Shown: positions 36,901 through 51,900, counted from the stretch's first letter. The stretch is DNA of 64,000 bases from Owenia fusiformis (GCA_903813345.2 CAIIXF020000001.1:15872001-15936000); one strand, 5' to 3'. A program made the numbers and translations. Notes: generated by a model not told the origin, from the letters alone.

Positions 36901-39900
36901 GTAAGGAACCTTAAAGATCTATTTTCAGTTCAATAGTACACTGATCGAAATATGGAAGCACAGGTGTCCAAAAGGGGAAACGATCAAACAGTATTAAAAC
37001 ACGGATAGAAAAAAGTTTAAAGAGAACAGGCCGAAGCATATCCCCAGTATGCCAAAAATATCAAACTAAATGAAAGAATATCCTTTTGACTGCTGATATG
37101 AAATTATAAATATTTTATCATGCCAAAGGGTTATATATAATATCATAGTATCTAATAAATGATTTTGGGAGCCACGTGAGAAATATATTTGATGCAGGAA
37201 AATAAGAAAGTGGAAATGTTTGCCACTGAAATTTCCTTTCAATAGAAGAGTAACATGCATATTTCACAATCTTGTATGAATGAAATGTTCCATGCTTTTG
37301 TCGATATGGAGTGTTCTAATGATGCTTGAATCATGGTTTGTGCATAAACATTGTTTCTTTTGCACGTTAGATTATTATAAGGGATATTGGGGGTTGGTCC
37401 TTGTGGGTTATATGTTCATTTTTCTAGTGGTTTGTAATACTCTCTGATCTTCCCCTTTGTCAATTGTGCATACATATTTACATCCATTACTATAATGACT
37501 GCAAATCTTGATTTCCACATTACTCAATTTAGAGGAGGTGCTTGCATCTATACATTGATTAATATGTAAACAACGACATTTAAACATAAACAACATCCAT
37601 ACAACTATAGCATGTTTAAGATCATGACTACATTGTATATCTCTTGTGGATTAAATATCCTTATCACATCGAAATACCTCCGCATTGTAGATTCCAAAAG
37701 CTCCCCATACCAGTATACTGTTACAAATCTGCCAAATATATGCAAAAATTAGTTGGGAAAGCGAGCAGCAAGATAACCCAGGAGTAAATGTTCAAAGCCA
37801 AACTAAGGAGGAAAATAAAACAAAGCTCGGTTGTAACAAAAATGAAGCCAGGTCGGAAAAATTATAAAACCATATGAAAAATAAGGGGGTTGCAACATTG
37901 CTGATCCTGGAAAATGGCCAATTGCCACTATACGGTTTCATTATTTGGATTGACTATAAGTTAAGTATTATCATCAAATTGATAGCCATATGCAAATATG
38001 TGGGGAGGTGAGTGGCAATTGACTAAGTTGTTTCCTCCCTAACTGAGCTTTGGGGTACCACAACAAATACCATCTACATAAGTAGAGCTATTTATTTCAA
38101 TCCTGGAGGATTCTGGGTTCCAGTAGAATGCGCATTGTGGTTTCTAAATTGACCTTGACATTTTACCTCAGCACTAGAAGTTGCTACTCCACCCCACATC
38201 AAAAAACTGCTTGTAATCTGGAATAGATGCAATGTATTACAATACAGTAAAGTGTTAGCACAACACAAAACTTATTAGTTATTTCTACAATGTTAACAAC
38301 ATTATTTCTAGGAATCCATGATAGCCGACAGATGAAGAGCGCCATTTTGGAACATAGTCCCTCTTGCTTGAAATGGACAGTTGGACATTAGAACTCACTT
38401 AGTTATGTATTTATGTAATCATTCAAAAGTGATCAACCTGTTTTGAAAAGCGAACTTACTACACAATTTGATGATTTGATTGAAAGATAATTTGAAAATA
38501 AGGATGTTTGATATTCGTCAAAAATTCCCGGAACATCGGAATAAAGTTCATCGATATTTTGAGCCACTGTCCTTCTCAAAGCAATAATAACAATGTTTTC
38601 GCTAACTCCTATATGCGGCTAATATGGTCACCGGTTGAAGCCAAGCACTAGGGATGTATTTTAAGCAAGAATGCATGTAAAGGCCTATGAGATAAAGCGG
38701 TAGAACAAACAAGGGGAAATTAGTCTGATTAAATAGTAATGTGCAATCATTACTAGTCAAAGAAGCTGCATCTATTGAAGTTTTTCATGTATCACCCTGT
38801 TACAAAAGGAAAATATATAGTTAGTTGGAAAAGACGGCTCATTATAAAGTAAATTCGTGTAATTATGAATGTAAGTTCCAAGCTTGTTATTGTACTAACC
38901 GAGCCTAGCACGTCTACGGGATCTACACCTAAAGCGGCCATTACCTCTTGGCATGTTAATAGCACCGGGCACCACTGGAGGGCGCTAGACGTCACCTGGT
39001 GGAGAAAACTCCTCAGTCAATAACTAGCACAACATGCAAAGCTTGGTGCACAACATCTAGCATTCTCAAAATACACAAGTTTGTCATACACTAGTACATT
39101 TTCAGAATCTGATATATGTTGAACACTTAATGCAGGAGAGCCTAGTCGATATATTAATCAGCCCCGTGAAAATTTGAAAAAATAAATAAATTATTTTGAT
39201 ATTCGAAAATAGAGGTAAAAGTGCTATCTAATCCTAGAAAGGTATATTATAAAGACGACTGATGAATGACAATATTATAGTCATCAATTTGATATTAATC
39301 AATATCAATTAATATTAATCACCAAGCCAATGGTTGCAAATGAAACACGAATCAAGAGAATGAGAACTTTTAACATATATTTAAAGTAGTCTAATCAAAG
39401 AATGGTGTGAAGTATAATAAAACATTATATATATATGTGATGTATATATATTATGTATAATAAATTCATTAGTTGATTGTGATATTTGATAACATAGAAT
39501 TATCATACACCACCATTGCTACTACGAGGGTTGTCCCAGAAGTAATGCACTATATGCTCTAACTTTATCAATAATTGATATTTTTTCATGAAATTTTCAG
39601 TAAATGTTCCTTAGAGACATTTTGATTATTCTAGAAATTTTCATGTTGACTGATAAAACTAATTTGATGTTATAATAAAATCAAGTTGGTGAGTTTGGGT
39701 AGGGCGGGGCAGGTTATACAGTCACGTCAAAAGGAATGAAAAATTGAAAATCTGAAATAATTAATCAACAAATACCATTTGATGTAGCTATGAGAAGTAT
39801 GCTCAAAAATACATTTTAAGATACTAAATTACTATGAGCACATCCTAGATTTAATGGATGTATATTGCACAGTGTCCCATTTCACATTTTCTCAAAATAT

Positions 39901-42900
39901 TGCCCTTTGCATGTTATGTACTTTTGATGCCTGTCAGGTCAAACACTCTCGGCAATTTCTTCCACTGTGACTTGTGGAGTTTTTGCCTCCCATGTTTGGA
40001 GTTGTCATACAGGGTCAAATCGTCTCTTTTAAATCTCTTCTGCCACCCCATAATTGTAGTTCTATCTGGTATATACTCCTTATATACTTTCTTCATGGTA
40101 GCATTGTTTTGCGTGGCTGTGAGTCCAAGTGAAGTATGAAATTAGGCCACCAAAGGCAAGGCCTTCTGTTTCCTGGTGAGAATTGCAGCCATTTTTGCAA
40201 TTTCTTGACTGTGACTGTATTTGAATTCGTGACTATTGAAATGTGGTATTATGACATCACAGTGCTAAATGTCATTATTCGTACTTGGTTAACATCATGC
40301 TGAATAAATTTAACAATTTCCCAAACATTTTGACCATTTAAAGGAAAGAAATATTAATCAAATAACACTTTAGATCTTTTCATAATTAGAAAAATTGGTA
40401 CCTGCCCCACCCACCCCTACCCCCATGTTGTTATAGCAACCATATTAAGACTTAATATTAATGTTGGATGCTGAAACTTCGTGATATAATAGATAAAACT
40501 TCAATTGTTATATACACAAAATTTCAGCTGAATTGAAGAATATTAAAGAAAGTTAGAGCATATAGTGCATTACTTCTGGGACAACCCTCGTATATATGGA
40601 ATATTTTCCAATATTCACCCATGATATTCTCCATCGCCTCATTGTGTGAAGAATTTACAAATAAGTTTTCACTATTTGGTTAAGAAAAATGAATCAAACG
40701 TTTTTTATAACTAACAACATTTTTCATTTCCAACAAATCAATTCGTTTTAGTTTTAGTTTTTAATTGTTATAATTAAGAAAGTGCATTGATTTTCGTAAA
40801 GAGTGCACAATATACCAGATATATGAACAGCGGTGTATAGGATACTGTATTAAATGCTGACCCCGGTACTTTGGAATGAACTTGTTACATAACTTAAGTT
40901 ATCAATTTAAAAAAATACTAAATGTATTAGTAGTAATACAGAAGACACTGACCTCTTCATCTTCGTCTGTGAATTGCTGGTTACCAGCATTTCTGTACAA
41001 CTCTACCACACCTGGAATTTAAACACTAAATGCAACTTACTCGTAATCCAGCACATTGGGCGGGTAAGGTTACCACTATTTGTGAGAGAGAAACAATTTT
41101 GCCTAACCAGTGTTCATTTCACACTCGTTTTCAGTTTTAGTTCAACAGAGTGTGAAATAAATACCTCCCCCCAGAAGCTTTAACACAATGTTACATATCT
41201 TTTTTGTCTGCATGATATATTAATTGTCCTTTAGCACTTAAAAAACTAGCTTTCATGGACCAACTCCACAAGAAGTTTCAGATGACTGGCTCAACTAGTT
41301 TTTATGCACAAATTTTCATACTTTTGAAATTAAGGGGTACATATTTACTTGACACCCTGTATAGTTCCTACTATAGTACTTTTTCTTTGTTTTTCTGGTT
41401 TTGTCCATCGCGTTTTCTGTTAAGGTTTATTGCAACTGATCAAGCTGAACAAAATTTGAATGTAATAAATTGTTCCATAACATCATGTTAAATTTTGAGA
41501 GGGTTAAAAAGTCATCATAGATTTTTAGATCTGTCATGATGTTAAGTCGAATCACATACCAATCGAATGTAAACATTCGCATTAATATCAGTTCGAGTTA
41601 ATAACATAATCAATCACTGTACTACGTACCCAACGTTGCAGAGTTGGTTTGTATAATAGGTTGCGCTAATACTGCTTGTGCTGTTTCACCTCCAACTGCT
41701 ATACCATCGGGAAACCTTTCATCCTACAACATGTGAGTCATAAAAAAAACAAAATCATCTAAATAAGGAAAAGGAATAGCTCACCATTAGCCATGAGCCG
41801 GTGAATAATATAGCCATGGACCGATACAAGACTTGAATGTATTAAAGGTACATTATTATCTAAAAGCCATTTCATGCATGATTGATGATACATAGTCAGG
41901 CTCAAGATCGAAAACAAGAGATCATTTCGATCACCCTTACGTTTCGACCATAATCCAACATAAACAAATATATATTTCTTATGAAAGGTCGATCCATACG
42001 TACCCCTAGGACCTCTGTGAGTCTAAGGGCCTCTTGAGTTTCTGCTATATAAGCTCCTAACGTTCCCCCATTGCCTATTCGGCCACTCCACACCGTTGAA
42101 TTTTTTGTGCTGCAATAATGAATAATTAAAAACCAATAATATTGCTATCAATTGTTTTACTTCTAGGATGTAAATTAAAAATTATACTGAAACAATAAGA
42201 ATGTATTTGCTTTGTTCGACAACTTTAATTATAGCTATTGCAGCATTATGTTTTGACCTTTAGTACGAGCCGACTATGTTTTCTAACTTAATTAATATGC
42301 GTCAATTTGCATACTTATTTGCTATCAATGTTGACTTACTTGTTAGAGTTGGGCTTGAAGTAATATAAATCCTGAAATAAAAACGTCTATATATCAAAAT
42401 GAACGTAATCGTACGAAATTGCATATCAAAAACTTACAATTGTGGAAATGGAACATAGAGTCATAAATATTATTCAGCTTCTGACTATGTGCTAAAAGGA
42501 TTATTATATTTTTGCAATTCCAAACAGGTTGATGAGGCAATTTGAAGAATGATGACTTTCATCACTAAGAGTGTACATTATGGTCTAATGGTTACTATGG
42601 TAATTTGCAATGACAGTGTATCATAATTATGAATAATTGTAAAGTTAAATAACCATATTATCTCACCCGCCCATTTTCATCCACGAGGTATAAATTAAAT
42701 CCATCGGCATTTATTGCTAAAAGAAGAAGAGAGAAATTACTACATTGCATACCTGTATACCTTTATCATCATTAAGCTAACATTAGTGAAAAAGCATCAC
42801 GTATATATAAAAGAAACGTCATATAAATCTCGACTGTTAGAATAAAAGTCACATCAAATATACATTAGAGGGGAAATAATGGCTTATCAATAACAAACAT

Positions 42901-45900
42901 GAAAAAATATTATCCTGTCAACTAGAAATGGTTGAATAAATAAAACGTATTTATATTATTAAATGATCTGCCATATAATGTTTATTATAAACAATTTCAT
43001 TTCACTTCTCTATTGTTACCTCATACATATTCTCTTGATATGTGATGTTATAGCTTTAAAATGCACACATTCAAAAAACAACAAAGGGGTTGTTAAAAGT
43101 AATTTGAAAAGCAACTGTCAGATGTTATCATTCTATGTTCGCAACATTCCTTTGCATGTCTTATGGTCAAATAGTTTATTTATTGCAAAACAATATAATT
43201 TTACTTGATATTAATCCAATCCATACATATATGGCGCAGGTGGTTTATGAATAAATCTAAGTAAAATGGTAATCGAAAATGTGTTAGCATAATATCATTT
43301 AGGAAACGGAAGACCGAAAGCACAATCATTAAAATACTATTTTTAAAGAAACGATTCCAGCGCTGCAGGAGCACGTAACGTAATAAATTATATATGTATT
43401 TATTGAAATGACGTCAAGGTATCAGCATAAGTTGAACAAGAGCGTTGAAGAGCGCTATGAGACCCTATCAATCTTTCATTTTGATAATTATCTCTGATCA
43501 GGATATTCTCATCGAACTCTGGATCAAAAACGAAAACGCATAGGTTCAGTCAAAAGAATAAAACTTAAACGTAGGATGCAGAAAAGTAAGACACCTTGTG
43601 TCACCCTTCTTAATAAAACAAAAGTACTTTGAAGCAATGATTGCATATGTAAATGTAACAGCTTAGTAACTACTTTCAAATGTTTTTTATGAATATAAAA
43701 GTAATAAATAATAGCTAAATAAATAAACAATTAAATAAGTAAATAAAGTTTCAATCCCTTGCCCAAATGCTCTCTGGCTTTAGCAATGTAAATGAATGTC
43801 AATATATGTATGACCAAATGGCTAGAGCTACTTCTGGAATGGAAGGATATAGTGCTAGGGTCTCATTGGCCTCCATTAATAGCTGGATCAATTTAAAACA
43901 TTAGCCGATCATAAGCATGGATAATTCAATTAAATACCGCGTTCAATTCTGATTCTGTACATTAATGGGACATACAGAATTCCGATGCAGAATGAACAAA
44001 AGCCAGCCGGGGAAGATTGCAAAGAAGTTGCTAAGTGAACTAATACAACCTCGAATTAAAATAGAATCATTAGATATGAACACAGTTTTTTGTAATGTTA
44101 GGAAAATTGCTTCGATCTGTATACAGCTTGTGTAAACACACGCATCCCATTAGTATAGATCGATGGTGTTGTGATCATAGGAAGAGAGGTCTTACCCGAA
44201 GCTACACAGTTTGTCAGCTCGCTAAGAACCTGGGCTTTGTTAGGGTGTTGGTGTATGTCCTTTGTGAGTTCTTGTAATATCTTCCTCTTGTCGGGGTGAT
44301 GGCCCATCTACAATGGAAAGATCATTCATCATGATCGGTTGGTGTTACTATATGTCAAATAGTCAAGTGCTACATTTATGCATATGTATGGTTTCCTATT
44401 TCATTAAATGTTGCCCTTTGTCGATTACAATATAAACTGCCTCGTGGATTCATTCATCAATTCAACCGATTTGAGACTCATCTCATCTATTATTTCTGTT
44501 TTCCAACTCGAGAGGACAATGATAGCAATAGAGGGCTTTGATTTCATCAAGTATCACAACTACTAATCTACAGGAATTACAGATGACCGCATCAGGCAAC
44601 TTTCAACTAGAATCGCCTCTGAGCTACTTCACATAGCAGTCAGCCATGTTATAAGATTGATGATGTGGTCACATGTTCTACATTCACAGGTTTTCTGATC
44701 AATAGCTCACTTTCAAAGCAAATTAGATCAAGAAAAAATTCCCAAATTTGCATACTTGAGTTGTTCGTTCGTTGCAACGTCTGTTGGACTTCAGATCTAG
44801 AGTAGTTTCTAAATGTATATTAGACATTACAGATTCTCGTGTATGGTGGTAAAATGGCGCTATCGTTTTAAACGTATATATAAATATATGTTCCTAGACT
44901 TGAGAATTAAAATCATTTCAAAACTTCTGATTGGGTTGGAGACGAGGTTTCGCGAGCTGCCCGGATGTGACCGAGCAAAAGCCTAGTTATGCAATAAAAA
45001 GATACTAGTATACTGAGAAGCTCCCGTCACCAACCAACCCTCTTTTACAGCCCACTTACAGAGCTTCTACCGTCGTTAAATGATTAAAAGCTTCATTACT
45101 GCTAATACGTCATCGTCATTATTTCAAGCTATTTTATACATTTCCTCGTCCCTAGAATGTGATAAGGCTTTGCCGGGAAAGCATAAGGTGTATTATTCTA
45201 TAAACCGTGGTTTCCATGGAGATGAATGGACACTTTGATTTATCAGTAATTGGTGAATGATTAAGGACAAGGTGTATAACATATGAGATTAATCCGAGAT
45301 GTAATGTGAACACTATTCAATGCTCTCGCTATAGATATCCAGAGAAAATATACAGTCCCGTGCTGGTGTGTGTGGAAATTCATCCTCCGAACGCAGGGTT
45401 CCAGACATCATCCACTATGTTCCTTCCTGGAAGAATGAGGAATGAGGCCAGTGTGCGGAGGATGGTGCAAACAAATATAGGAATTTAGATTGTATTAACC
45501 TGATAACCTATTCGGATTAAGACACAATAGTAATGAGGTTCAGTCCGGGATTCTTGTCGTCATCCCGATGCTGAACTCAACTCACAATCACTTATCATTA
45601 CGTTTTTCTTATTCCTGTGATTCTATTCCATCTGGCGTTTCCTTGATTATATCACAGGTTAATTGATTATATCACAGGTTAATTGAATTTTAAAACCCCA
45701 CGGGGGTACATTTAATTGATTTTGGAAACCATGGTTACCGGAAAAGATATGTTGCTTCAATAAAAAATTAAGTTTATGTTATTTTGCAATTATTTTTTAG
45801 TCCTTAAAGTCTAGGTAGTTCATTCACCCACCTTCCAGCGTAGCAACCCGCTGCCATCTCGCAGTTCAGATTCCCCTAAAAGCAAAACAATAAATCATTA

Positions 45901-48900
45901 CACGCCATAAAACAAAATGTAGCTTTCCCTCCTCAAGTGGAAATTTATACTCCTCTAGAACTCGCTTGTAATTAATAAATAACAACGTCAAGCTTGATCT
46001 ATAGTTTTATAAAGCATTTGCAGATTTACACAATCCTGATCTCTGGTAAAGCGGTCAGTTGGAGAACAGATATTCAGTTTGAAGATTTTTTCCATTTTTG
46101 CTTCTTTAAAAGCACATTGTGTTGAAGAACTATATTAAAGTTCGATTCTTGACATAAAGGTTAATTTGAAAAGTGAAATTTGTTATGCAGTTCCGTTTCT
46201 AAACAAACCACAAGATTTAAAAATACTTATATGGGGGTTCAGGATCATGGTTTTGGGTTTGTGGGGTTACCTTATGTTAAGGATGACCCTATATTTCATA
46301 TGTTCTGAACCTAATGAAACATAACATTGACATACCATTGGGATAACATATAACTTTCCAACTTGACGTTTAAATTAGCTTGAAAAATGGACAGAGTAGC
46401 ATTGAATTCGGAAAAAATCTCCCAGAGCGGTATACGTATTTTTCTCGCGCTCTTTACATCAGTATAGATAACAGTAAATATACCATGCTTTTCTATCCTT
46501 GAAATTCACTACGTATGAGATAGATCTAGTATATCATGAATAAAACTCTCTAATGTTACTAAACTAGCGAGGGTCCATGCCGAAAACACGAAAGCGATTA
46601 GTTAATAAGAAACTGATTCCCAAATGTTTGAAAAGGAAAGTTGATGTTCAAATGAAAAATTGATTTTGCCTGAAAGTCATATATTTGTTGGTTGGTTGGT
46701 TTATGTGATGATATCATCGTTACATAGCCACATAATCGCTATATCCAATTGTCATTTGAAGGGGAAATATGATATTTCATTACTTTCGCAAATAGGGCCA
46801 GGGTTAATTCTTTTCAAAATACCAAAAACTCATAATGTTATATAGTCAGGCGCATGTTCATCAATATAACTGAGAATGGTGCCACAATTGAAGTAAACCT
46901 CTGGTTCTTTTCAATATACCTATCAGCAAACGTGTAAATGATAATATTGATGTTCTGTAATATATTGGTGAAGCAATCTTGGCCTAAAGATATGGCCTAA
47001 ATTTCTGAATTTTCCCTATGTCCCTGTATACCCCTACTTCAAAAGATGTAATTTTGTCGGTTTTTATCATGATCCAACCAAAAATGTATTTTTCTTACAT
47101 TTAGAATGAACTTTCTGTTTTCGAATATTGACAGATGGTACTACATTTATTTTTTCATGATATGGAGCAAACAAGGACGTGTCAATTTACACTGTAATAT
47201 CCTACATACTTATATTTCAAAGGTAGTTTTGAAGAATAATCAAGAAAATCCATGTTTCCAAATGGATTCATCCTTGTCAAAGAACGTGAATGAGTATGCG
47301 GTTGAAAAACTAACAACATGTTTCAAGTTCTTACAATTCTTGGTTGAAGCAAATATTTTGAAAGTTGTAATTTCGAATGTAATCTCCTACTCAATGAAAA
47401 TTGTTGATATTTGTGAAGTTTTTCTTCTCTTTCTTTCATCTTTTTCTAAATATCCACAGTTTAACTCTGTGGAGTTAATATCATAATCATAAGCAGGGGC
47501 GGATCTGGGAACCAACAAGGGGGGGGGCAAATTACAGGTTAGAGAAAAAACTCCCGGGCCCCTAAAACCCAAAAGTGGCCCCAAATTTGAAATTTCGAGG
47601 CCCATTTTCTTCAAAATTTTTCTGGGCGCAACCAAGGGCGGAGGAGGGCCCCCAGCCCCCCCCCCCCCCCCTCCCCAGTGATAAGTGCTCGAAACACTTT
47701 ATCATCTACCCTTGAGAGTCTAATGTTTCATGTTAATCTATAATTATGGTATCGGATTTGAGTATTATTTAGACGAGGCTCAAATGAAGCAATGCAAATG
47801 TATACAACCTCTTGCATTCTCAAAATTCATTTCGTTCGTTGCGTACCTTCACTGTAAGGCACAGGAGGTACGGATGGCACTGGACGAAAGGCTCGGAGAC
47901 TGAACCTCTTGAAGAATCCTCCTTCGAAGTGTTACCAAAGTCCTCCCCGGGAATGACAATTTTGTCTTGTGCAATCAAAATAATAGCGGGAATTTTTGTT
48001 TGAATTTATAGCTTACATCTCTAAATAAGAAGAATATGCTTTTGATTCAATATCTTGTTCCCAAAGGAATTTGTTAAGGAGCGGTATATCTTTACGTACT
48101 TTTATCACCCCGAACTCAAACATTGCGAAAACTTATTTCGCGAACGCTTTATTGAGAATGGATTAGAGATGAACAACAAATTATTTTGGAAATCAAAGAT
48201 GGACGATTTTTGAGATTTTCATTTTCGAATGATGACTTACTTACTGAACCTGACTGTATATACTAAAAGGCAAGTTTTCTTTAACCTCGAATCACCTTTG
48301 GCAAAAGAGAATACTTTTAACATCCAATGTACTTCTTTTTATCAAAATTTTACTGTTTTGTCTAGGTTATTAATTTGACGTTTCACTATCGACTGTGTTT
48401 CGCTCAGTAAGGGTTGTCTGGTGTGCCTGCTATATGATTCTGATTCCTCTATTATATTCGCAAAGGACGGAATTCAGTAACTGAGCAAATTCAATCATCA
48501 GTTGATATTTAAAATGCATGTATCTTTAAAATTAGTATCTCACCTAATGAACCTTCTTGACGAAATTACTACATTTCATGTACAATCTATTTTACCTGGG
48601 TGTTGATAAAAGCACTTGAGAATTTCTCATCAGATACTTCTAGCATAGTAATTATTCAGTCTTATATTTCCATCATCTAGTTGGGTGATTTCTTTCAATG
48701 ATAAGCCTTACTTTATAATTGGCAGAAAGCTGTTATGATTGGAAATATTGTATTTTCTAGTTTTCTCTTGGTCATGTACTGAATTAGTTTGATGATCGAT
48801 AATGGCACAAACCTTATTGAGGAATTTCCCTTATGGATGTTATTAAAAAATAAAACAAATGAAAATAAGTGGCATATTGAGGAGATTCACATCTTCGCTT

Positions 48901-51900
48901 TCTGTCATATACATCAGTTCAAGTGTTTCTCCATGGCTCGGGTGAAAGTTAGAAATTGGAAAAAATGAGATATTTATAAAATGGTGAATCGATAAGAAAA
49001 ACAATTCAGAGATATTATCATAATATTTAAAATCTGAACAAAGCACTGACATTTCCATTGCCTCTATGTTTCAAATCAAGGCGGGATACATTTCATTAAT
49101 AACAGAAAGAGTCGTGGTTGTATCTGGATTCTATGATATTGATTCCAGTCAATTTTGTGTCAGTGAACTTTTTTCTCTCGAGGCCCAACATCGCTGAATA
49201 ACATTTGACCTTTAGTAAGGTCTGGTACATTACATCTGATAAATGGCTTATTTTTGAGTTTTGATTCACTGCCATTGGGACTTTCAAGGTTTCTTCGTAT
49301 TACGATGATATTCCATCAACTCTGGACAAATCACATCAGTTATGAATAACTGTATATCATCCCCTTCCTGGGTATGATAGAGTGGGCTTCCTCGTACTAC
49401 TTATCACGGAGCTTAAATATTTTAGTCCCTGACTCTATGTTTTATGTCAGAAATATAATGTTGATGTTGCGCTCAGTGATGCAGATACATAGCGGCAACA
49501 CTACTAAGCCTATACCTCGAATATCTAATATAACAATTGACATCTCGTGTTGTATATGTATTGCTTCTATGAAGATGTTGAATTCATTTTTTCTGTTTCA
49601 GACTTTCTATTTTATCAACCTTTACCATAAACACTATAAATGCCCCCGATGGCTTCGAACTTAAAGACCCTCCATATGATCAAACTACGTGTTGACATGT
49701 TCAGTCGCACGTGATTATTGGGTGTAAGTGTTTTAGAACTTTTTTATGACTTGCTCTTTGACCGATATGTCCATGAATTTATGTATTTTGGACTGAACTG
49801 TGATTTTTGACTAACTTTTCAATAAACAAGGACATAAAGTCTCTCTGATACTGTGTCTTGCAAATAACTTATTGTGAGTACTCTGCTCGCAGAGTCTGTT
49901 ATGAAGACGAAGCTCTCTTTTAAGAAACGAAGTCTAACGCATCCAAATGGGACACTTTGAAGAACCGAAAGGTAGATAACCGTGATCTTTGGAACGTTGG
50001 AACATGCATGTGTACAGTATCATTTGCTGGTTTGCTGGGTTGGTCATTTACTTGTATCAACACTTACACCTGAGAGTGTAATACACTGAAGTATCAAGTC
50101 TAATACCTATTTATTCCAATCAGTGATTTATATCTGAATTTCCCTGACCAATCTACTTATATTAGTGTTGGAGATTCCATCCGTATTTAGCGATATTAAT
50201 CTCACGTAATTGCAGTATGCCAACTTATATTACCAATATTATGTTTATTCGGATAGATTGTCTCGTTTCTCATAGCTTAGTACTACATAATAGATAGACT
50301 CGACTGAACTTACCTTCAACAACATGGCACTCGATAAATTATATCAACGTCGACAGATAATCTTAAAAAATATGTATCTTCCCTGTCGGAAATTTGATAA
50401 AGCGTTGGATTCTAAAGGCTAATCTTTACCATTAATGCTTAAGACATGGAGGCTATCTATCAATTGTACACACTTATCTTGTTGGCAAACGTAGCAGAAA
50501 CAACGTGAGGAACTGAATGCAAATCATATGAGAATAAGTAAGGTTTCTCGTTAGAATCTGCATTTAACCAATTACAGAAAATAACTAGGTTTTCTTGCTT
50601 CAACGAATTCTTTTGTCAAGCTTTGATCACAAGATTTTTCTTAAGTTACTAATTATGGTATTGTTTTGTCGGAGCAAGGGCAAGATTCGATGATCCAGCA
50701 AAATAGCTCGATAGGGATACGTTCGGTTTAATTTTAATGGCGTAACCATGTTTCTGAGAAGAACCCTTGATGTAACATCTGATCAGTACATTCAGTAGCG
50801 ATAGAACGCCTAATGAGGGGGAATGCACGATGTAGCTATCCAGGCAAATTGAAAGGGAATTGATAATTATGAAATAGATCGAATAGAAAGATTTGTTTGA
50901 ACGCTCTATTGTATCTAGGGTCTGATTACTTTGCTCTAAGTAAACGTCACATTTCGTATCAATGTGTTATTAAAAAATGAAATATAGTTGGGATCTGCAT
51001 TGGGATACTACATGCAACCTGCTTACAATAACAATTTTACTGAAGCATTTGAGGCAAGCTCGCTCGGATAAATGTGTCAATGTGTATCTCAAACCAGGTT
51101 TTCGGGTATGTAGTCTTGCTTCAAGATCTGGATCACCCCCTTATCCGTATCTACTTCAACAACAACAAAGAATCTGTTGTTGGAAAGTGGGGTATCTTGA
51201 ACCAAGACTATCAACAGATCAAGTATGTTTTCATCGACATATTACTATAGGGTTACTCACCATTGATCCCATTTTCAACATCTGATCCTCTACGCTTGCC
51301 ATTTTCCTTGTTAGCGTTTTGTGTTCGTTTGATGATCCATCGTTCTAATTGGTCACTATTGACATTACGAACGACGTATTTCTCCAGAAACTCCGGATTA
51401 TCATTAAGGAATGACGTCACTGCATCGGGTGTGAGATCTGAAAAAATAATTCACTTAAAATGAACAACTTTGTAATTACATTCGCATGTGACACACATTA
51501 GTAATTGAATCGATGTAGTTCAATATACAGACAAACATGCACACAATGCAGAAGTTTTATGACGAATTGATCAAGCTAAAAGAAAATTAAATGGTTTAAA
51601 CATCCGCAGTTTTTATGACCAGTATGGAAATAATGTTGCTGGTGTTCTCTCCAAAGACATATAAGAAGGATTGATCATCTACAATCATATTGTGTTGAAA
51701 ATGAAAATATCTCATCTTAGTTTATAACACAAATATAGATTCTAGTAGATGCCATGTATATGCCCTTTATAACATTAAGCCAAGATACAATGGTGAATCT
51801 GCATTTGGGTAACAGCAGTTGAGGTCACACAGCATGAAAATAATTGTTTCAATGTTTTCAATGTTAATTTCAATTGAAACGTATATTCAATTCATCTATC

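Noticed and set aside
37015-37066. [15 protein letters not shown] segment resembling the GAF-A microexon
   Set aside because: Out of phase with the nearby AG, ends in a stop, and has no donor.
38631-38684. Possible fourth GAF-A microexon ([16 protein letters not shown])
   Set aside because: Stop at the Trp position, 53 nt rather than 51, little similarity; probably chance.
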